A DNA stretch of 42,798 nucleotides from a virus. Under the pieces are notes generated by a model. The model made no database searches. It saw nothing but the letters and a program-made list of their open reading frames with translations, and had not been told where the DNA came from. Position 1 is the stretch's first letter. Every line of letters starts with the position of its first letter. Of this stretch, positions 7,997 to 14,812 are shown piece after piece. Location of the stretch: IMG/VR virus record IMGVR_UViG_3300045988_053235, positions 1 to 42,798 of that record; one strand, given 5' to 3'. A program made the translations under genes and the position numbers.

Positions 7997-8022
7997 TTTT
8001 CGACAAGGAGCGTTGGCTTGGT

Positions 8023-8883
8023 ATGGCAGACGAAGGTGGAGTTTGGCGCACGATTGGCGGTCGCCGCGTGTTTATTAAAGACGGACAAAGTCTGACGGAT
8101 GCAATGCGCGAGAGCGGGAAATTTGGAGATCTCAAAAAGAAATCAACGGCGACCTCCAAAAAGCAGACCGTCGATACCGAAGCAAGTGCCGAATACGGGG
8201 TCGAACACAAAGTTTGGGGGAAGGCGACCGGAACAAGCTACGAGGCATTAAAAGATGACCAGTACAAACTTACTGGAGAAAAAACCGGTGAAACGCTTCA
8301 AATCCCAAAAAATGAAAGTGGAGAATTTGAAGTGTACAAAGCGCCTAAAGTATCTGGATTTCTAAATGGGAAATATGTCGGCGACGAAAATGTGAACGCA
8401 ATTTTATCTGATGGCCGAATTGTCTTAAGAGACCACGATTTTAATAATGATACATATTACAAGATAAGCGGCATTATTGAAGCGGAGACACTTAGACTTG
8501 CTGGCTATCAAAAGGACGGGCAGTTTTACCGAGGAACCGATAACCCTAAAGAGATTGAATATCTCAAGAATGGGACTATGCGCGTGTCCACCAACCACAT
8601 GACGGGGGAAAAAGGAGATGGCGTATCCGTTTGGGAAAGCCCTAAGTACCCGTTCAAGTATCAATATCGAGTAACCGGTAAGGTTTCCGGAGTGGGTAGC
8701 GATGGAGAGCCGCTGCTTGATCCCGCGTCCATTAAACTTGTTAGCGCAAAGTCCTATTCTGTTAAAGACTACAATGCTGCGATGGAAAAGGGGAAGCCCT
8801 TGTTTTGTAAGGCGTACGGATGGACAGAAGAACAATACGACGCGGCAAAAAAGGGAAGCATTAAAAACAGAAAGCGACTGTAA
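8023..8883 (+). CDS. Hypothetical protein (286 aa), moron-like insert in the head module
   Basis: ATG 8023. N-terminus GGVWRTIGGRRVFIKDGQSL. Bracketed by element copies A and B. Visibly more AT-rich than its neighbours. Confidence 0.7.
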   Translation: MADEGGVWRTIGGRRVFIKDGQSLTDAMRESGKFGDLKKKSTATSKKQTVDTEASAEYGVEHKVWGKATGTSYEALKDDQYKLTGEKTGETLQIPKNESGEFEVYKAPKVSGFLNGKYVGDENVNAILSDGRIVLRDHDFNNDTYYKISGIIEAETLRLAGYQKDGQFYRGTDNPKEIEYLKNGTMRVSTNHMTGEKGDGVSVWESPKYPFKYQYRVTGKVSGVGSDGEPLLDPASIKLVSAKSYSVKDYNAAMEKGKPLFCKAYGWTEEQYDAAKKGSIKNRKRL

Positions 8884-8897
8884 TTAAATATATCCGT

Positions 8898-8970
8898 TTG
8901 CCAATCGAGGCAAAAGAAGTGGCAATTTGAGCCAAACATTACGCGAAAGCGTGTTGTTTGGCTCTTTTTT
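8898..8970 (+). promoter_or_regulatory. Conserved element copy B: AATCGA-loop hairpin + GAAGTGGCA box + terminator
   Basis: Hairpin TTGCC-AATCGA-GGCAA (8898-8913), GAAGTGGCA box, stem GAGCCAAAC (8929-8937) / GTTTGGCTC (8956-8964) with an inner ACGC-GAAA-GCGT, then TTTTTT. Confidence 0.6.
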
Positions 8971-9018
8971 GTAATACGCAGCGGGGAATGACGCTGTGGA
9001 AATAAAAGGAGAGTAAAA

Positions 9019-9516
9019 ATGGCAGACGAAATTATGACTTTTGATGAAATACTGGCTGACCCCACCTACAAGGCGGAGTTTGACAGGCGAATCACAAAGG
9101 CGCTTTCGACTGTCCAGAGCAAGCTGGACGCGGAAGTGGAGAAGAACAAGCAGTTTGCGGCAAATGGCAGCGCGGAAACGGAAGCGCTCAAAAAGGAAAT
9201 CGAGGGCTACAAGTCCAAGATTGCCGATTATGACTACGCAGATGTTATCCGCAAAACGCTTTCCGAAAAAGGCGTGAAATTCAGCTCTAAGGCTGCTGAA
9301 AAGGCATATTTGGCAGACCTGAAAGCAAAGCACCTTGAAATCAAGGACGGTGCGCTTGATGGGTTTGACGAATGGCACAAGGCGCAAGTCAGCGCCGATC
9401 CGTCCGCGTTTCAAGACGGCGTAAAAATCGACTGGTCTGCCGCTGTTGGCGGCGGCGAAAAGAAAACAGATACCAATGCCGCGATGAACAATCTGATCCG
9501 CGGCGCACTCAAGTAA
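9019..9516 (+). CDS. Scaffolding protein
   Basis: Strong RBS AAAGGAGAG. 165-aa helical K/E/A-rich protein directly upstream of the major capsid gene. Confidence 0.75.
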   Translation: MADEIMTFDEILADPTYKAEFDRRITKALSTVQSKLDAEVEKNKQFAANGSAETEALKKEIEGYKSKIADYDYADVIRKTLSEKGVKFSSKAAEKAYLADLKAKHLEIKDGALDGFDEWHKAQVSADPSAFQDGVKIDWSAAVGGGEKKTDTNAAMNNLIRGALK

Positions 9517-9534
9517 CGAAAAGGAGATTACAAC

Positions 9535-10749
9535 ATGGCAAGTATTGATCGTTCCGCACTTTCCGGCCTTATCCCGGAACCCGTAACCCGCGAGATCATG
9601 CAGGGCGCTATCGCGGAATCCGCTGTCCTGCGCATGGGTCGACGTCTGGCAAATATGTCCAGCAAGACGCAGACCATCAACGTGCTCGACGCGCTGCCCT
9701 CTGCGTACTTCGTGAACGGCGAGGCCACCGACAGTGGCGCAGGCGAGGCATTTAAGCAGACCACCAAGATGGCGTGGGACAAGAAGAAGCTGTATGCCGA
9801 GGAAATCGCAGTTATCGTCCCCATTCCCGAGGCTGCACTCGATGATGCGGACTATGACATTTGGGGCGAGGTCAAGCCGCGTCTGACCGAGGCTTTCGGC
9901 AAGGTCATTGACGCCGCTATTCTGTTTGGCACGAACAAACCCGGCACTTGGCGCGAGGGCGTTGTGCCTACCGCTATTGCCGCTGGCAACGGCGTTCCCG
10001 TCAGTTCTGATGTTTACGCCGACATCATGGGCGATGGCGGCCTGATTTCCAAGGTCGAGTTGGACGGCTTCAACCCCAATGGCGTTATGTCCGCTATCCA
10101 GATGCGCGGTAAGCTGCGCGGCCTTCGCGACACTTCCGGTCAGCCTATTTTCAAGACCGATATGCAGGGCGCTACCCGCTATGGTCTTGACGGCATGGAT
10201 ATGTACTTCCCCATGAACGGCGCGTTCGACCCTGCGCAGGCGCAGATGATCGTCGGCGATTGGAGCCAGCTTGTCTATGCCATTCGTCAGGATATGACCT
10301 TCAAGGTCTTTACCGAGGGCGTGATCCAGGACCCTGCCACGAAGGACATCGTTTACAACCTCATGCAGAACGATATGGTCGCGCTTCGTGCCGTCATGCG
10401 TCTTGGCTGGGAGATCGCGAACCCCATCAACGCGTATAATGCAGAAAAGGCAAATCCGTTCCCGTTCTCCGTTTACGGCAAGGGCGGCGCCATTTCCACC
10501 GTCGCCGTGACCCCTGCTACCGCCACCGTAAAGAAGGGCGAGAGCAAGCTGTTTACCGCCAAGGTTGACGGTGAGGGCATCATCAACGGTGAGGTCGAAT
10601 GGTCTCAGGACGGTACGAAGAGCAAGATCAGCGATGAGGGTGTTCTGACCGTTTCTGCTACCGAAACCAAGAGCAGCATCACCGTTACCGCGAAGTCCAA
10701 GCAGGACGGGACCAAGACCGGCACTGCCACCGTTACCGTTTCTGCCTGA
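9535..10749 (+). CDS. Major capsid protein (HK97 fold) with C-terminal Ig-like (Big_2-like) domain
   Basis: 404 aa with RBS AAAGGAG. Capsid-like body, then VAVTPATATVKKGESKLFTAKV...TATVTVSA. Confidence 0.88.
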   Translation: MASIDRSALSGLIPEPVTREIMQGAIAESAVLRMGRRLANMSSKTQTINVLDALPSAYFVNGEATDSGAGEAFKQTTKMAWDKKKLYAEEIAVIVPIPEAALDDADYDIWGEVKPRLTEAFGKVIDAAILFGTNKPGTWREGVVPTAIAAGNGVPVSSDVYADIMGDGGLISKVELDGFNPNGVMSAIQMRGKLRGLRDTSGQPIFKTDMQGATRYGLDGMDMYFPMNGAFDPAQAQMIVGDWSQLVYAIRQDMTFKVFTEGVIQDPATKDIVYNLMQNDMVALRAVMRLGWEIANPINAYNAEKANPFPFSVYGKGGAISTVAVTPATATVKKGESKLFTAKVDGEGIINGEVEWSQDGTKSKISDEGVLTVSATETKSSITVTAKSKQDGTKTGTATVTVSA

Positions 10750-10769
10750 TCTGAAAGGAGCTGACCCGT

Positions 10770-11207
10770 ATGACTTACGCAGACTTTGAATACTACTCCG
10801 GCACTTATATGGGCGCTGTGAGCGAAAATGACTTCCCGCGTCTTGTTGTCCGCGCCAGCTCCTTCCTCGACTATTACACGCGCAACAAAGCCAAAGACAA
10901 CGCCGATCTGGACGCGGTAAAGATGTGCTGCTGCGCGCTGGTTGACAAGTATGCAGTCATCGAAGCGGCGCAGGCGCTTGCCGTGAAAAACCTTGCAAAC
11001 GCCGCGGCGAATGCCGCGGAAGTCAAAAGCGAAACGGTAGGCAGCTATTCCAGAATGCTTGCAACGGGCGGGGAATCCGCGCTGTCTGCGCTCAATGCGA
11101 CGGACGGAGCAAAGAAAATGCTTGCGGAAACGTGCATGGAATACCTTGCACATACCGGGCTGCTGTATCGCGGAGGTGGTTGTAGATGTACGCTCCCCAC
11201 ACTGTAA
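10770..11207 (+). CDS. Head-tail connector / head completion protein
   Basis: Assigned from position after the capsid gene, size and RBS GAAAGGAG. Confidence 0.55.
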   Translation: MTYADFEYYSGTYMGAVSENDFPRLVVRASSFLDYYTRNKAKDNADLDAVKMCCCALVDKYAVIEAAQALAVKNLANAAANAAEVKSETVGSYSRMLATGGESALSALNATDGAKKMLAETCMEYLAHTGLLYRGGGCRCTLPTL

Positions 11208-11641
11208 CGATTTACAACATCGTGCAGGAGATCGACCCGACAACGCTTGATGAGGTCACGCATGTTTATATTACTATCCTGTGCGGCGTGATGCTGCAAG
11301 CAAGCAAGGGCGCGAACGTGCGTGAAAGCGGACTTGAAGGGGCTGACGCAGCGAATCTGTATATTCCGTTTACGGTGGAAGCCGTTGATGGTAAGACGGG
11401 CGCGGCAAAGACCTATGCAAAGCCGCAAGAGTTTGTTAAAGCCGCAGATCGCAGCGGACTATGGACGCTCTCATATGACGGAAACGGCGGAGAAACGCTG
11501 TTTATCAAGGGAGAGTTTGTGTTTGATGGCACAAATTTGAACGTCGTTCGATATCACGATGATTGCTACAATGTAACGAAGGTTGACGCTATGGACTACG
11601 GTAGCCCTGATATGCAGCACTGGGAAGTCGGAGGTTCGTAA
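11186..11641 (+). CDS. Head-tail joining protein (minor capsid-like)
   Basis: Assigned by synteny. Overlapping start follows GGAGGTGG. Confidence 0.5.
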   Translation: MYAPHTVTIYNIVQEIDPTTLDEVTHVYITILCGVMLQASKGANVRESGLEGADAANLYIPFTVEAVDGKTGAAKTYAKPQEFVKAADRSGLWTLSYDGNGGETLFIKGEFVFDGTNLNVVRYHDDCYNVTKVDAMDYGSPDMQHWEVGGS

Positions 11642-12093
11642 TGGGCATCAAGTTTTCCGTGCATACCGATGGAATGGATGCGCTTAGGGAAAAGATGTCG
11701 CAAGGTTGCAGCAAGGCCGAACATGCTCTTGCTCAGCAAATACGGGCGGATACAGACCCGTTTGTCCCTGCGTTAACCGGTAGTTTGGCGAACAGGACGC
11801 GAATTGAGGGATATACCGCTGGGGACTATGGACCATCTGGCGGAAACGTTATCGTTTACCCCGGCCCGTATGCTCGGTTTTTGTATTACGGGAAAGTAAT
11901 GGTCGACCCAAACACGGGCAGCACATACGCCCCGAAGGGCGGAACAAAAGTGGTTACAGATCGCAACTTGGTATTTAACAAGGCGATGCATCCGCAGGCG
12001 CAGGCGCATTGGTTTGAAGCATCTAAGGCACAAAATCTTGATAAGTGGTTGCGTGTAGCAGAAAAGGCGGTGAAGAAGTACGGAACAGGTTAA
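11641..12093 (+). CDS. Head-tail joining protein (minor capsid / HK97 gp10-like)
   Basis: TAATG coupling. Sequence DPFVPALTGSLANRT...YPGPYARFLYYGK is typical of this family as I recall it. Confidence 0.6.
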   Translation: MGIKFSVHTDGMDALREKMSQGCSKAEHALAQQIRADTDPFVPALTGSLANRTRIEGYTAGDYGPSGGNVIVYPGPYARFLYYGKVMVDPNTGSTYAPKGGTKVVTDRNLVFNKAMHPQAQAHWFEASKAQNLDKWLRVAEKAVKKYGTG

Positions 12094-12136
12094 AAAGACG
12101 GTCTCGGCCGCGGAAGAGGATCAAGTCTCCCGAAAG

Positions 12137-12535
12137 TTGCTTGCGTGGTTAAACACATTCCCTGACAAGCCGGTTGATTTGATTCGGTTTGAATTTCTTC
12201 CCGCCGATACTGCGGCGATGGCGCTGTCCACAATTCAGGCAGCGTACATTGTCAAAAAATACATTCTCGGCGGATATCAGGCGGAATACCAATTTAAGGT
12301 CATCTACCGCATGAAACCGGGGAATAGCAATGATAAACGGCTCAAAGCCGACGAGATGCTTAACGCCTTGGGCGATTGGGCAACAAGCGAGACGCCGCCT
12401 GACATTGGCGATGGTCGCCGCGTCATTCGCATTGAGCCGACACCGCGATCCTCTCTTTTTGCCGTGTATGAAAACGGCGATGAGGATCACCAAATCCTTA
12501 TGAAAATGAACTACGAGGTGATTAAAAATGGCTGA
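12137..12535 (+). CDS. Head-tail joining / tail terminator-like protein
   Basis: Assigned by synteny. The only available start is TTG 12137, with no clear SD. Confidence 0.5.
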   Translation: MLAWLNTFPDKPVDLIRFEFLPADTAAMALSTIQAAYIVKKYILGGYQAEYQFKVIYRMKPGNSNDKRLKADEMLNALGDWATSETPPDIGDGRRVIRIEPTPRSSLFAVYENGDEDHQILMKMNYEVIKNG

Positions 12536-13052
12536 TATGACCTTTAACACCACGGCGGGGCAGACCGTAGACCGAGAACTTCTGATTGCGTATCTCAACA
12601 CGGGCGAAACTGGAACCCCCACGTGGTCGCCCCTCGGTACGCGCGTTACGGATTCCAGCATGGAATACGACTGGCAGGAGGATTCTTCGAAGGATATTCT
12701 CGGCACGACGCGCACGACCATGAAGAAACCCATCATCACGCAGACCTTTGACCCGTCTGATCTGGACGCTGGCGACCCTGCCATCGTCAAGGTTTGGAAT
12801 CTTGCGGTCAAGGAGCAAAACGCGGCGGCGCTGGCGAATCAGGACGTGCTGATTGTCCACGCTTATGCAGGAACGGCAAAGACCGCAGTATTTGCGGAGC
12901 GCTATTCGTCCTGCATGGTCAAGCCCTCTTCCCTCGGCGGCGAGGGTGGCGGCTTTATCGGTATGCCTATCGACGTGACGCTTGGCGGCGCGCGCACTGT
13001 CGGCACTGCCGCTATCTCTGGCAATACGGTTACGTTTACCGAGGGTGAATAA
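12528..13052 (+). CDS. Major tail protein
   Basis: 174 aa in the usual position. Sequence style (NTTAGQTVDRELLIAYLNTGETGTPTWSPLG) matches TP901-1/phi13-type major tail proteins. Confidence 0.8.
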   Translation: MADMTFNTTAGQTVDRELLIAYLNTGETGTPTWSPLGTRVTDSSMEYDWQEDSSKDILGTTRTTMKKPIITQTFDPSDLDAGDPAIVKVWNLAVKEQNAAALANQDVLIVHAYAGTAKTAVFAERYSSCMVKPSSLGGEGGGFIGMPIDVTLGGARTVGTAAISGNTVTFTEGE

Positions 13053-13063
13053 GGAGGAACATC

Positions 13064-13486
13064 ATGCAGGAACTTAATTTTGGCGACGGCCTTGTAACTT
13101 ACACCGTAAATGGAAAGTGCGAGGTGTCGTTTAACCCTACCGACAGCAACTTTGTCGAAAGGCTCTACCTTGCCTTTGAAGACCTCGACAAAAAGCAGGA
13201 AGGGTACAAAACGCAGATTGAAAAGATGGGAGACAAAAAGCTCATCTTTGAATTTGCTCGTGAGCGCGACAAAGAGATGCGCGAGATCATTGACTCCGTT
13301 TTCGGGGCGCATATTGCAGATAATCTTTTTGGCGGAATGAACGTTTATGCGCTGGCAGAGGGAGTTCCTGTGTGGTGTAACTTCCTGCTTGCTGTAATGG
13401 ACGAAATCGACAATACGTTCTCCCGTGAACAGAAATTCACGAATCCGAGAATCAAAAAGTATCTCGATAAAGTTCAGAAGCATTAA
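13064..13486 (+). CDS. Tail assembly chaperone
   Basis: RBS TAAGGAGG. Acidic 140-aa protein lying between the major tail and tape measure genes. Confidence 0.65.
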   Translation: MQELNFGDGLVTYTVNGKCEVSFNPTDSNFVERLYLAFEDLDKKQEGYKTQIEKMGDKKLIFEFARERDKEMREIIDSVFGAHIADNLFGGMNVYALAEGVPVWCNFLLAVMDEIDNTFSREQKFTNPRIKKYLDKVQKH

Positions 13487-13498
13487 ACGGAGGGCGGT

Positions 13499-14104
13499 AT
13501 GGGCTACGGACTTCCTAAAAGCGTAGAAATCAACGACCAGAACTTTTCTATTCGATATGACTTTCGAGTTATTTTGACGATTTTTGAAGTTTTGGACGAT
13601 GAAGAACTAAGCGATGAAGAACGGGCTTATACCGCCCTTAAACTCTTCTTCGTTGATTTTGATAATATCCCCGACTATGATTCTGCCATTGAAAGAATGT
13701 TTTGGTTTATCAACGGCGGGAAAACGCCCGATGACAAGAAAAAAGAGCCAGAACTTGTAGAATGGAAGAAGGATTTTCAACTCATCGTGTCTCCTATCAA
13801 CCGCGTCCTTGGGAGAGAAATTAGAGAAAGCGAATATGACGCGGATACAAACTCTGGTGGGGTTCACTGGTTTACGTTTTTGTCTGCGTATATGGAAATC
13901 GGGGATTGCTTATTTGCACAGGTCATTCGCATTCGCGAGTTAAAAGCAAAAGGGCGTGCGTTAGATAAGTCGGACAGGGAGTTTTACCGGCGTAATAAAG
14001 ACGTTGTCGATATTCCAAAAAGAATATCGAGAGAAGAGGCGGACACGCTAAGTGCGTGGTTAGGCAAAAAAGAACCGGCCCATGAGAGAGCCGATTCGGA
14101 TTAA
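13499..14104 (+). CDS. Gp15-like tail assembly protein
   Basis: Sequence LPKSVEINDQNFSIRYDFRVILTIFEVLDDEELSDEER resembles the Phage_Gp15 family. Confidence 0.6.
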   Translation: MGYGLPKSVEINDQNFSIRYDFRVILTIFEVLDDEELSDEERAYTALKLFFVDFDNIPDYDSAIERMFWFINGGKTPDDKKKEPELVEWKKDFQLIVSPINRVLGREIRESEYDADTNSGGVHWFTFLSAYMEIGDCLFAQVIRIRELKAKGRALDKSDREFYRRNKDVVDIPKRISREEADTLSAWLGKKEPAHERADSD

Positions 14105-14739
14105 AGCGTTATTCGTTTATTCTCGTTTTTCTTTAGATGCGCGTAAATCTTGCTGATCCTCTTGCCGTTTTGCGGAGCAGCGGTTACGTCAAAGACAATG
14201 TATTTCACATCGTAATCGCTTTGGTACGCGAAAATAAGGTACTGTCGTACAATCTTTGACTTCTTTTTCTGTGCTGACCCGCCAAGAGCTGCGCCAATTG
14301 GGCCGAGTAAAATTCCTCCCGCAATTGCACCTCCAATACTCGAAACGTATTGAGTTTGAATTTCCTGCGGTGTCATAACAGAAACATCGATAAGCTTGCT
14401 TGGCGAAAGGGTGAATGTTTGCCCGCTCGCTGAAAATGAAATTGATTCCGGGGAACAAACGGCGGAGCAAATAGACCCCGCTGCAAGATCAAGTCCACCG
14501 ACAAGTTGAAGCTTACACTTTACCGTTTGCATCTTTATTTTCTCTTCATACGTTGTGGGGAACACTTTATTCATGGTTAACACACCTAATGGGATTGGGA
14601 TTGCTATAAGGGCGATTCCAACCCAAACGGGCATGGTTTCTTGACCTTCTGGTGTTGTAATTGCACCAACAATCAAAACCAGAAGAAATGACGCAAAGAA
14701 CACAACAAGAAATAGTATTGCTTTTTTCGCCGTTTTCAT
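14101..14739 (-). CDS. Membrane protein moron (2 N-terminal TM helices + soluble domain + glycine zipper)
   Basis: Opposite strand inside the tail operon, with its own promoter and RBS AGGGGGG. TM segments AILFLVVFFASFLLVLIVGAI and VWVGIALIAIPIPLGVL. Glycine zipper GGAIAGGILLGPIGAALGG. Confidence 0.75.
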   Translation of the reverse strand: MKTAKKAILFLVVFFASFLLVLIVGAITTPEGQETMPVWVGIALIAIPIPLGVLTMNKVFPTTYEEKIKMQTVKCKLQLVGGLDLAAGSICSAVCSPESISFSASGQTFTLSPSKLIDVSVMTPQEIQTQYVSSIGGAIAGGILLGPIGAALGGSAQKKKSKIVRQYLIFAYQSDYDVKYIVFDVTAAPQNGKRISKIYAHLKKNENKRITL

Positions 14740-14771
14740 TTGTTTTCCCCCCTATTAGATACGATCTTATT

Positions 14772-14800
14772 ACCATAGCACAACAAAAAACTAAAAGCAA
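14772..14800 (-). promoter_or_regulatory. Promoter for the reverse-strand membrane moron
   Basis: On the minus strand: TTGCTT, 17-nt spacer, TGcTATGGT (extended -10). Confidence 0.55.
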
Positions 14801-14812
14801 GGTGGTGATTTT

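Noticed and set aside
12074-12139. Possible +1 frameshift or read-through fusing 11641-12093 to 12137-12535. The downstream frame is open back to 12074 but has no ATG or GTG before TTG 12137.
   Set aside because: No recognisable shift-prone motif is present. Equivalent genes are separate in related module types, as far as I recall. A TTG start is the simplest reading, so the start is flagged only as low-confidence.
13064-14104. Programmed -1 frameshift in the tail assembly chaperone pair.
   Set aside because: The two ORFs do not overlap. The second has its own RBS (GGAGGG) and ATG 13499, and I see no slippery heptamer or overlapping extension frame.
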